Both the position numbers and the translations under genes were made by a program. Below are positions 1 to 11,400 of a stretch of 64,000 bases of DNA, in pieces. The notes beneath the pieces are model-generated. The model saw nothing but the letters and a program-made list of their open reading frames with translations. It made no database searches and was not told the DNA's origin. How positions within the stretch are numbered: position 1 is the stretch's first letter; each line of letters begins with the position of its first letter. This stretch comes from Phoronis australis (taxonomy: Eukaryota; Animalia; Phoronida): NCBI GenBank assembly GCA_002633005.1, contig NMRA01000051.1:258478-322477 (forward strand), read 5' to 3'.

Positions 1-33
1 AGTGGATCAATTTGTGTAAACCCGCTTCTTTAA

Positions 34-3000
34 AGAAATTGGTTCACGGCTATTTAGTTGTAGTTAATATGTGTACACACGTGTTGACGGTTAATAAAGT
101 TTTGTTATAAACCACATTTCTTTTTTATTTCATTCCCCATATTATTCATTTAAAACACGCTCGCACTTCTCCACAAAATTTTGAGAACAGAAAATTTTGA
201 ACTTCGGCTATCTTCGGAAACACGTCACATCAGGAGCACATCAGGATTTCCTGATCCGATCACTGCAGAGTCTGTCCATTGGTTTGTACTCTGGCTGGGA
301 CTATCTGGCACAAATGGAGTCTTTGTGTTTGTTAGAATGGTTTATTATGCAATTTTTGCCCATTAATTCTCTGAAATGTGACACATAAGCACATGGCCTT
401 GTGTGTTACCATAAACATTTTATAGTAGTTAGTGGGGAGTGACCTGATCATTGCAGAGTCAGCCAGACTGACTCCACAGTGTCCATTGCTGTGTGCCAAG
501 AGGAGTACTTCTTCACATGTAGACGAATTTTTTAGATTTAAACTGGAGTAAATATTTGAAGATAAATGCCTGACCGTTGTGTAGTTGGAGGCTGTGGCAA
601 TACGCCAAGGGCTGGGGTGTCTTTGCAAAAGTTTCCCACTGATCCAAGACTGCGTCGCAAGTGAGAATACATTGCGAAGTCCACGAGTGGAGCGTCGCAA
701 TATTTGGTAGTATGTAGCGAACATTTTCTATGGACTGCTTCTAGAACGACTCCCTGTGATCCGAGTATGGTTGTAAACCAGGATGAGTGAACTTTTAGAG
801 AGTATTCAAAACGATACGATTTCCAGAAGCTAGTGGGCCTTGAGCTAGTATTAACAACCTAACATTTAAAACGGCGGATAGCATCGACGGACACTGTCGG
901 ACAGGATTAGTGCTAGAAGTAACCAGTAGACATGCCGATAAGTGTTTGTAGGTGGATGTGCTGAATAGCTTGATGCTCGTTACCTGTCGTTGCAATCCAT
1001 ATTGAATTTTAGTCTAGTCGATCGCTAGCTGAACTAAATGAACAGTAAGTGTAACATTTTTGATGAAAAATGTTAGAATTATGTAACGATTTATTATCAA
1101 TCGATGATGAAATTTAGGAACAAACGTGTTAATTAATAACAGTTAACTATTTTGAAAGTCACAAATATTCTAGAACAGGACTTGTTATTGTAAACAACTT
1201 GTTGTGGTAAACTTGAGCATTGCGCAATTTCTTCAGAAAAGCTTTAGTTCTGTTAAGTTCTCAGTGCAGTTCTGACAAACAGGATATGATCATCAAAACA
1301 TGTTTTGGAGTGGTCAGTTTTAGGTGGGTTGATTCTAAGAAACACCCACACCGATGTACTTATGCCTTGACCAGTGTCCATGTGATGTTTAGTCATATCT
1401 TAGAGTATAAATATTTCTGGAGCAAACATAAGCGTCATTCTCAAAAGAAAAAGTTAGGAGACGAGGAAGCTCAGTAACTTTGGAGAATCAAGTATTTTAG
1501 GCAGATCACCGAGTCTGTAGAGTTTCAAGGAGTGTATTCAGTCACTGACAAGGATCATACTGATACACAAAACAAGAATTGGATGTTCATGCGTGGATAA
1601 GATCAAAGGGAGCAATTTCTGTAAGTCTCATTAGAGTTTATGAGCTATGAAATATTCTAAGATATACTACGTTTTAAGATAAATGTTGGTTTGTAAAATG
1701 TGATTTAAAGTTCATATACCGATTCACTTAGACTTGAATAATTTTGACTAGTTTCTTAGAGTGACTATTGTTAACAGTTTAATTTAGATTCGGTTTTATA
1801 TAATATTGTCATGTATTTAGAGTATTTTGTGTATTTTCATAGATTTACAGTTCTCACACGGTTCTCACAAGGATTCAAAGTTTTCACTGAGGTTCCAAGT
1901 GGAATTAGTAAATAAAATCATCTCGTCAAACTCGGACTTTGATGTTGTCTGTCCAACGCAGAACATTACAGTAAGAGTAGGGCTGTCCAGCCGATCTTTT
2001 TTCGATTTGCAATAATGCTTCAATATAATTGGCAAGATAATGCATCCCACTCATAAAAATTGAAAAATTATCAAAATCGGGTGAAGCAGTGCAAATTTAT
2101 TTCAATTTTGGTGGCGAAATTTGGGTCATTTGTTTGAATCTGGTTGGCCATCTTGAACAACGGCATAAGTTGAGTTTAAATCCGTGCATAATTTATTTTC
2201 ACCAGTAATTTATGATGAAATTTAGTGAGAAAGATCTGTATACCTGAGCCATTCAGTAGTTTTCACTGGATTTCAGCCAAGCACATGTTACTTATTGAGT
2301 GATAAAAATGCTCACAATTCCCGTTGGACTTAGTCTTATTTCCGGCGACTTCGGCTGAACTGAAGACCATGTTCAATCGGCTATTTTGTACTTGATGAAG
2401 TTTTAACTTTGATACATTTTGATGAAAGCTGCTACAAAAAGCAACTTTGCATAATGTTTATGTTTTTGTTCAAAATATAAGGAATATTCTAATTATTGCA
2501 GTGTGAATATCCCATTCAGTTAACCATACACTCAGCTTAAAGTAGTCGAAAAAGTTTTGAAATCGTTTTTCTATGAAAGTCAATTGCGCTTCAAGGTTTG
2601 ATTATGTGTCACAACATAATTCATATTTTTCTAAATTTTACGTATGAATCGTTCTTTCAATACATGCGTTGTAACTTTTTGCTTTCTTAATTCAAGTTAT
2701 CAAGGCCCAAAATGTAAAGACTCTTAATTAGAGTAATAGGCCATACTTGATTGCGAAGCTTCCAGCCTCCAATCCTTTTTCCATGCAACTTTTTATTTTT
2801 TCAAATCATGCTTGTCGAATTTTAATATAAGGCAATACCTGGTCGCCATGGTAATAGTTAGGCATATCCACTTTCATATCATGTAAAGTTGTCTTGTTGA
2901 TGGATAACATGCTTAAATGTTCTAAAGTACTGTGCATTTTAAGTTACTTATTTTGGTAAAAGATTAGATCATTTTGACTCACACATAAACTTTACTGTAC

Positions 3001-3823
3001 TGACATTATTTCAGTTGTGACTTATGTACAGTAGCGGTAACCTTCACCTACCTTGAAAGTCTTTCACTGTAGAAACCAAATATATAGATCCGACTGAAAG
3101 CCTTTGATTTTAATTTGAACTGTGGATTAAATCATGATCCTCCTCTGATTTGTTCTTTGATTTCTATGACTCAGTGCCCAAAGCATGACAGAATTAACTT
3201 GTCGTAATCAGCGGCTGAAATAATGTGTTCACTGGCATCTTCAAGCTGTATTTCTTGATGCCTTGGGTTTATTATTATTTCAATAGATTAACACATGAAT
3301 TTAAAAAACCAAGTTCAGAGGACTTCCATTTCAAGGGTTCTTGTAAGTTTGTCATTGTGATTGCCACCTCCACTCAAATTTCAATTATATACGTGGTTAG
3401 ATTAAAAGGTCACACCATGTTTACTCACTACTGAAAATGAAAAAAATGAAAACTGCAATATTTTGTATTAGGCTTGATTATCTGTGATACACTGGCCTTT
3501 ACATCTGCTTGGCGAAAAACAATTTAATTATGCAAGCAAATGGAGTTGAAAGGAATTATCAAACGAAGCAAGAAAAATTTTGGAGAGTGGACTGCTTTTA
3601 GCCATTGCAATACACAACTGTCTTCCTGATCTGACATCACAAACGGTTATGTAACAACATATTCCTGTTCTTAGAATTGACTCAGCTGAAGTCGGATAAG
3701 GTTATTACTGCTGGACTTTTCTCATTAACCAAGCTGTGCGGACAAGAACTGTTCTGTGCAACAGATTCACACAGTGCTATTATTTGTTTTAAAAAGCAGT
3801 TGTTTTGGTGTGAAACTATGTCT
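34..3823 (+). mobile_element. Highly decayed Kolobok-like DNA transposon (THAP + DDE remnants)
   Basis: Flanked by TTAA (30-33, 3824-3827) with imperfect inverted ends (aagaaattggttcac vs reverse complement aagacatagtttcac, 12/15). THAP remnant at 566. Segments resembling Kolobok transposase motifs: DSKKHPHRCTYAL (~1330, cf. DSPGHSAKYCTY), SVTDKDH (~1540), LES(F)H (~3055). Confidence 0.45.
566..730 (+). pseudogene. THAP zinc-finger domain remnant (transposon-derived)
   Basis: Translates MPDRCVVGGCGNTPRAGVSLQKFPTDPRLRRK*EYIAKSTSGASQYLVVCSEHF: the C2CH THAP signature with FP motif; the conserved W has become a TGA stop. Confidence 0.85.
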
Positions 3824-3869
3824 TTAAAGAATCTTCAGTGGGGCGCATAGGATAAATAGGTGATACAAT

Positions 3870-3950
3870 GTACGTGTTTGTACCAGTGCGGTATCATATC
3901 TCGATTCGTGACGAATCTCGATATACTAACCACTGGTACAAACACGTACG
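3870..3950. repeat. Palindromic hairpin repeat; related partial copy at ~11320-11375
   Basis: tacgtgtttgtaccagtg...cactggtacaaacacgta arms pair; 11326-11372 shares cgaatctcgata..taaccactgg.acaaaca.gtacg. Confidence 0.7.
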
Positions 3951-5713
3951 TTGTATAACCAATATGTAATACACAAGGCAAAACTTTATTCGTCCATACC
4001 CATTTAGCGTTCAGCAAACAGTGCGTTAAAACCGTCCTTCATTGTGAGCTAAAAGGACAATGCATCAAACTTTCAAAACATGCAAATAGTTACCCCGAAA
4101 TACGCTTGGAAAAATTCAGAAAATGTGCACATGACCAAAATTTTCTAGGAAATTCCCTATACCGTACAATGAGCGAATACATGAATATCTAATGTATTAC
4201 GTTAACACCGAGTGTTACATAATACACATACAATACAGATATTGACCTAAGCCACAGATGTTTGTGCCAAAAACTGTCAAATAAGAAATGTTGGGTTGAC
4301 ACAACTAAACCACTGAAAAAGTTTGGAAATCGGTCATACATGTATGTTGTCAATATTTTTTGTATTATTTGTAGTAGGATAATGCTGTATTTTGCTGCGT
4401 TTCTTACTACCAAAGTGAAACCTTTCGTTGCAATTTATGTAAGATAATGCACCTGTTTAGGGAATTGGTCTTCAAGAAAGTCACCATCTGAGCAGCACGC
4501 CCTCTATGGGAGTACATCCGAGTCAGATGCAAACAAGTTTACCCGGACACAAGCATGTGAATAGTGATGCAAGGAACATGGAGGCACTACTAAGTCTATT
4601 TCCTGTAGAACTTATTTCGATGGTAGATATATTTATAACAAATCTTTGACTAAAATGTTATTAATGTGTTTGCTCAGCAAATGACGGTATTTTGTTCAAA
4701 CGAATCTGGAAATAACCACTGTTGATAAGATGCCCGATGAACAAAACCTAAGTTTGCAACTTTTCATCATCATTTAGCTCTGTTTTGCAACAAGGTGATT
4801 CACGCTGGGAATGAGAGAATTACATATCGATTGTTAAACATTTTTTGCGAATTATATATGGGAATCAAGAATATGGATCTAGTATCAATCAGTGCGTACA
4901 CTTATTAGCTCATCACTTCTGTTCACAACGTCTGACAAATTAATCATGCAAATGATGAGAAATTTGAAGTAACCGCCTAATTATGACCTAGGAAAGACAA
5001 GACGTGCAGTTTCATAATGACAAACGGCTCGAGTTTAGAATAGGTACTGCAGTCGATATTGTCCCGTTTATAAAATCTCTCTGTCAGTCGTGCAGGAAAA
5101 CCCGTTGATGTAATTGACTGCTGGTTTTTGTCCTTATGGAATTACACATACTAATGAATTCAATTGTTACTCTTCCAGTTTCTTGCAATTCGGTTGATCC
5201 CTGTTGCGCCGCCTGTGTTGCTGTCTGTGGCGCTGCCTTTGTTGATTCTGTGAGGTTTTGTGCAATGATAACGCTCATCTTGAAGTCTACTCACGTAGAC
5301 CTTTAATCAACTCTTGTATGATACTATATGTGGCACTCAACGGTTTTCCCTCATTTTGGCCTCCACAGGAACAGTGAACTGGGGGACAGCAGTTTATTTC
5401 ATTTCTACAACACAACCACAAAATATGAAACATTTGCAGGAACTGACCATACATAAAGTTTGCCTACAGTCTAAAATTGCATTCAAAGTGCGTTTTTTTT
5501 TGCTTTTAAGCCTAAGGCAAACCTAGCCAGTGATGACGAATTCGACTGTGGCTCAAAAAATTATTGAGTGCCACCATAATATCTACTCTTATTCGATTTG
5601 CAAATGTGACTACGTAATACTATTGTTGACATACATGTATACGCTTGCAATAAAGTAGCTATCGAATCTAGGTCTTTACAGATTCATTTCTCGTCACTCG
5701 ATGGCGCAATTAC

Positions 5714-5865
5714 CTGCTAGATTCATCTTTGCAAGAACACGTGCTCTCAATTTTTTGGCAATTGATCACAAAGCAAGAGTACACAACCAATCACAATGAG
5801 AGACACAACAGGCTTTAAAATCGCACCAGCACAGAATCATTGCTCACACCACACAAGCATATCGT
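5714..5865 (-). pseudogene. Decayed transmembrane-like exon (copy 2)
   Basis: ttttctgcag acceptor and gtaatt donor; the phase-1 frame contains hydrophobic AGAILKPVVSLIVIGCVLLLC but also in-frame stops. Paralogous to 7755-7911. Confidence 0.4.
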
Positions 5866-6029
5866 CTGCAGAAAATGATAACACAATCCTGCAACATAAG
5901 TCAACTAAGAAAGTGCATTTTGTCACAGATTTACAAACTTTGTAAATCAAAAATGTCATCACAAACGAGAAATATTTCAATCTTTAATTGTCGACTTGCG
6001 TATGCAGTCAACGAACGTTGACCCATTTC

Positions 6030-6170
6030 TCGCAAAAGAGGTACAGCTGGTCGTAGTTGTGTCATGATGGGACAGCTCCTGCCCAGCATTAAATGTGAAA
6101 TTTACAGTTGACCCTGGTATTTTTGGTGTTTTTAGTGCTGAACTCCAGGGTTAGAACTGTGTATATCATA
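6030..6170 (-). pseudogene. Decayed Sushi/CCP exon
   Basis: Nucleotide similarity to intact Sushi exons (cagttctaacc.ggagttcagcact, actgtaaatttcacatttaatgctggg); Cys codons lost and 3' part truncated. Confidence 0.6.
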
Positions 6171-6384
6171 ACGAAAACGTCGAAGGAAAGCACTTCATGA
6201 TTTTTTAAATAAAAATCTTTTCCGGCCTTTCACCGATTTCACGTGAAATCCAGAACGAACCTATCGAAATGGACATCGAACTTTTCTTACCGACAGCAAG
6301 AATTTTAGCATTTAATTATAATGGAGTGGAAACAGTAAAATCAAATGACAACACAACTGATTTCTTTTTCACAAAATAACTTAG

Positions 6385-6570
6385 GTATACCGACAATGAC
6401 ACCTGATGAGCATCATAGTTCCTTCCCAGTACACGTAGAGGCAGTCGTAGTGTTATGACCAGGCAGGTCATACCCAACATCAAATGTGAAACATACAGAT
6501 GTTTTCACGTTGACTTTGGTGTTCTCTGTGTTTTTCGAGGGGAACTCGTGTTGGAACTGCGCATGTCATG
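6385..6570 (-). pseudogene. Decayed Sushi/CCP exon (type B)
   Basis: ttttag acceptor then GMTCAVP..; ggtatgacctgcctggtcataacactacgactgcctctacgtgtactgggaaggaacta matches the intact exons; frameshifted and the conserved W is now a stop. Confidence 0.7.
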
Positions 6571-6824
6571 CCTAAAACGAAAATGTCATCAATTACTGAT
6601 GGTTTTCTGAGATTGTAGAACATCCGGGGAATGTAGTATACTAAATTTTAGAAAAACGGAAACTTGATACTAACCCTTAGAATCTGCAAACTTGTGGGTT
6701 AAAAGAATTTTGATCTTCAAAATCTTCCGAATAAAAATGTTTTAAATCGTAAAACTACACAATTGGTGTTTCATTTTAACAGTGACTTCCAACTATTGCT
6801 CATGTGAAAATCAACAGATTTTTA

Positions 6825-6966
6825 CAATTATCAATAGCCATCGGTAAGTAGACATTAACGTAGTGCTGTGAACAGCCATGTCACCTAACAGTCGTGTTTA
6901 CATTGACCGTGAGATTCTCAGCGTTTCTAGTGCTGAAGTCTGGTGTCGAAGATGTACACGTCATGA
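6825..6966 (-). pseudogene. Decayed Sushi/CCP exon (type A, internal deletion)
   Basis: tttccag acceptor then MTCTSSTPDFSTRNAENLTVNVNTTVR followed by a stop and a deletion. Confidence 0.7.
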
Positions 6967-7754
6967 CTGGAAAACGGGTGTTGTACCTTTGTCAATGTAG
7001 TTTGCTTTCTGTCAAACACTCAAGTCTTGATTTACGTCATTTATCATCATATAATTGGGTTTTATATCGTTTCATACTCAATTTCGAAGAGATCCCTGGG
7101 TTCGGAAATAGCAGTTATTTCTTCTGACCAATCTCATACAATTGCAGATCACAAATATTTTGATTAAGGAATGAGTTGAAACTAATCTTGTTACAGGGAG
7201 AGGCATAAATCTGCACTTTTGTTTTATCAGTATACAAAGGTTCAATTCCCCTTGAAGGGGATCCAACTACCGCTATTTTACTATTTTATGAAAGCACACA
7301 TTTTTATCTTTAGTGACCCTTTTGCAGGAAGGGCACCATAATAGAGCACACTAGCTCTCTTCCTATCTGTTTTTGCAAGTGTAGTATACCATTTCATATT
7401 TAAGGTCCCTGATCATGACACCAATTTTCTCTTGTTTAAATTGTTGGGGGGATGATGGATTTGACATATTTCCCCTGTGTTTTGCGAAATTGCATATCCT
7501 CATGGAATCAGTATCCACGTACTTTTCATGATTTTGATAATTATACTAAATTCTGTCATATAAAGGCACCCCTCTCAAACGGGTGCCATCTCGGAAAGAG
7601 GTTAACAGACTTCGCTCCCCTTGCCCGCTGTTATGTATATAAATCAAGCATTTCCCTACCTCGTTGATTCGTGTTGCTGCCTATGTTGCTGTCTTTGCCG
7701 CCCCTTCGTCGTTGTAAGTTTCGTCGGCATTGTGACAGTCCGTGACGTAATAAC

Positions 7755-7911
7755 CTGCTATATTGCTCTTCGCTTGCACATCTCAATTATACGTCATACA
7801 CTCATAATCCCAATCGCAACTACGCACATGCTGTCACGCTTTTGGCAAGAAATCACAAGAACATGCAACCAATCACAGAGCATCACAAAGGCTTTCGCAC
7901 AAGCACATCCT
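7755..7911 (-). pseudogene. Decayed transmembrane-like exon (copy 1)
   Basis: gtctgcag acceptor; shares gcttgtg and gtgattggttg with 5714-5865 and ends TAGCAG|gt; early in-frame stop (EDVLVRKPL*). Confidence 0.35.
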
Positions 7912-8074
7912 CTGCAGACAATGGTGGCACAAACCACAGGAAAACCGATGAGAGAAAGTGAAAAAAATTGAAAACTTTACCGATATCAAACAATAAAATG
8001 TCATCACATTTCAAAAATGTTATTATTTACATTGAGGAATAAGTATGCAGTCAAAACGTTAACCACATACATGT

Positions 8075-8222
8075 ATGCCGCCAAATACAAGTTGGTCGTC
8101 GTGTTATGATCTAGAAGCTCATGTCCAGCATCACCTGTTAAACTTACAATCGTGTTCATTTTGACAGTGAGCCGGTCATCAGTATTTCTAGTGTTGAAAT
8201 CTGGTGTTAGAACTGTGACCAT
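8075..8222 (-). pseudogene. Decayed Sushi/CCP exon
   Basis: ORF text VTVLTPDFNTRNTDDRLTVKMNTIVSLTGDAGHELLDHNTT aligns to the intact repeats but all Cys are lost; lies only ~30 nt from the previous donor. Confidence 0.7.
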
Positions 8223-8250
8223 AAATAACAATCACATACACATTAAATAC

Positions 8251-8436
8251 CTGTACAATTATGAACATCCGTCGACCATGTCTCTCGTCTGGTGCAAGTA
8301 GACATTACCATAGTGTTGTGATCTGGCTGCTCGTAACCAGCATCACATGTGAAAATTACAGTCGTGTTTACGTTGACAGCGTGGCTCTCAGTAGTTCTGT
8401 TGCTGAAGTCTGGCGTCGGAACTGCACATGTCATGA
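8251..8436 (-). CDS. Sushi/CCP exon 7 (186 nt, phase 1-1)
   Basis: VMTCAVPTPDFSNRTTESHAVNVNTTVIFTCDAGYELPD-like (GYEQPD)HNTMVMSTCTRRETWSTDVHNCT: 4 Cys plus W; tttccag acceptor, gtattt donor. Confidence 0.85.
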
Positions 8437-11400
8437 CTGGAAAACAAGAGATGTATGACTCGGTAAAAAGTATTTCGATGCAGTTTGCAGACTTAATAGG
8501 ATGTACAAGAAGTTCATAAACCTGTACAAAAACTTCGAGGCGTGCAGCAGTTCTGAAGTTCAACATGTATTTTGATCTAAGTATGTAAAAGTTGTGTTCA
8601 CACCAGGTAAATGACCACCTCTCTTACCAAAGATCATATTACTTCAGTAATCCTTTCAGTATTAATCAAAATCCTCGATGGTCCAGGAATCTTAATAATA
8701 CACGTATGTACGCGAAAGTAATATTCAAACATTAATCATCAGGTTATTGCTTTTTTCCTACTTAAACATAATAATTTATCAAATAATCGAAGTAACCTTC
8801 ACTGGCATCACAGCTTTCGCGAGAAACGCCAGACCTTACTTTATCCCACGCACGTTGAATCTGTCGAGGGAAATACGGCCATGAAATAAAGTTTTCAGTA
8901 TTCACTTCACGCACTACTTTAACAGCAAACTCTGACTTGGAAAGTTCAAAGGTAGGTCAATGTCGACTCGACGTCTTCTGAGCCGGTTCGATCATCAAAC
9001 TTTTTAAATCACCTCCTCACTCTCCTCCCACGTCATACAGGTCAGCGACGTCGTCTTCCCCCCCTCTGGCGATTCTGTGGTCATCACTATGCGGACCTTC
9101 AAGCACAGCTCGGGACCAGTGTCACTTACAATTCCGTCCAGCCAATCTCCCCATTGCCCAGTAGCTGCCCTAACCTTGTACTTGTCTACTTTTCAGCCCT
9201 CTCCTGGCCCCTTGTTCCAACACCTCAGTGGATCACCGGTTACCCGTTCCTGCTTCAACTCCATGTTAACTAAAGTGGTTTCCTTTGTAGGACTCGACAC
9301 CAAGGCTTATACGTCTCATAGCTTTCGCATTGGCGCCGCCACCTCTGCGGCCAGCCGGGGCGTCCCTGAACCGGTGATCCAGCGCATGGGGCGCTGGAAA
9401 TCTGACGCACTAAAAAACTACATTCGCATGTCTGCTTTTCCTCTTCCCCAGGCTTCTTGAACTCCTGGTGAGCCTGTTGTTGCAGCTCCCCACTTCTCTC
9501 ACTTTGCTTTTCAGCCCCTCCCACTCCTCTGGGTCTGTGGTTTCAGCCCACTAGGTCAGGACTGTTGTTGCAGCCGGCCTCCTCCCGTTCGCAGGTCTGT
9601 TGTTGCAGCCTGTGGCCCAAGGCCTGTAGTTGCAGGCTTCAATTTCTAGTCATTAGTTCTAGTTAACTTTACTTACATTTNNNNNNNNNNNNNNNNNNNN
9701 NNNNNNNNNNNNNNNNNNNNNNNNNNNNNNNNNNNNNNNNNNNNNNNNNNNNNNNNNNNNNNNNNNNNNNNNNNNNNNNNNNNNNNNNNNNNNNNNNNNN
9801 NNNNNNNNNNNNNNNNNNNNNNNNNNNNNNNNNNNNNNNNNNNNNNNNNNNNNNNNNNNNNNNNNNNNNNNNNNNNNNNNNNNNNNNNNNNNNNNNNNNN
9901 NNNNNNNNNNNNNNNNNNNNNNNNNNNNNNNNNNNNNNNNNNNNNNNNNNNNNNNNNNNNNNNNNNNNNNNNNNNNNNNNNNNNNNNNNNNNNNNNNNTT
10001 TTTTTCAAGTTTTGTTTTCATGTTCTGTACTTTTCCTTTAAGCCCTTCAGGCAGTTTTTTTGTTTTGTTCCCTCTTGCAGGGCTATTCATTGTACACGCC
10101 TGTGGGCGTTTTTTGCATGCCCATCTTGCAGAGTCTTAGTTAGTTTTATCTATTACGTCATAATAAATGACAATATTCTCAATCCTCCTCTTGTTTTACT
10201 CTGCAACATAGCTCGTGGCGTACCCCGGGCAAAATAAATTACGATAAATATAGTTTAAAGTAACACAGTTGCAACAGCGTAACTAACACTCGACATGCAA
10301 CCATTCCCTAAAGGTAAAATTTGGAACAAAACTGTTAATTATAAGACACTTATGTCTCAGTTTTCAATTGCTGAATAGTATATCGTCTGCAACTCAAGCG
10401 CCGATTCCTAGGAAATTAAAGTATCAAATGTTGTTTTTTACTATTTCCAGGAGATGTTATAAGTTCACTGCTCAGTTGCCGTTGTTTTCATCTTTGCTAC
10501 CTCTTTTCAAGAAATAAATCGTTACTTTTAAAACTGTTTCTTTTACAAGAGAGAAATAGCAACCTAACGCGCAAATACATTCATATAAGGCTGTGATCCG
10601 CCATGTGAACAGTCTCGATGAAGTATTTGAAAAATTTGCCAAAAAATGCAAGAAACTTAGGAATTCGAAGCTCATGGGATAAATACAAAACGTACCTCGA
10701 TTGGCGTACAAGAAGTATTATCCAACTCTTATTCCGCGTATCGACGCGTATCGGTACGCGGAATAATGTCTCGTGGGATATTATTTATGTACGCCACTCT
10801 CGGTACGTTTTGTGTATATACATGCATTCAAGGGATGCCTTCTTTCTCGCCAAAATTCCCTCTTGTGCACACACTAAACTAAAATCCCTAGAAACATAAT
10901 TGTATATATACCATTTGGTTTCTTCTCCGTTTGAAATATTTTCACATGCCAATACTATGTTATGTGTTTTTTTCCTAATATGCCTTGAAATTTTGCACCT
11001 AAACACAACCTTTAAATCACAAAGCATCCTGAACTTGTCAAGATATGTTTGGAATTAGGAAAGCAATAAACATTACCAATGCATACCTCCTTTTGGTCAC
11101 CTATTGCACTACACAAGCTGAGGTTCTCTACATTCAAATATGAATCAATTTTAAATTCGATCTCAATACAATCAAGATACGTCGAGCCCAAAAGCAAAAC
11201 TGCAACTGTTGTCAATAAACGCTGTATTTTTGTCAGTTTTACGATAAATTTAGGAATGCTTTCTTCCTAAAAATATTATGAACCACGTGCAAAGAGCTTC
11301 GTCTCGTTCAAATACTTTTGCATACCACGAATCTCGATACAATAACCACTGGCACAAACAGGTACGCTGTATAAACTACATCTACTTTGTTCTCTAAAAA

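Noticed and set aside
4543-4603. Possible further minus-strand exon (GNRLSSASMFLASLFTCLCP) with AG/GT ends
   Set aside because: Short, no homology clue, could arise by chance; cannot be linked to the lectin gene without transcripts.
7621-7971. Cys-rich plus-strand ORF (SCCCLCCCLC)
   Set aside because: Antisense read of a low-complexity Gln/Thr-rich segment in the duplicated 3' block; no domain pattern.
9077-9460. Phage integrase or bacterial contamination
   Set aside because: The HSFRIGAAT/GRWKSDA..YIR form is typical of eukaryotic DIRS/Ngaro recombinases, and it lies inside an intron of a spliced gene.
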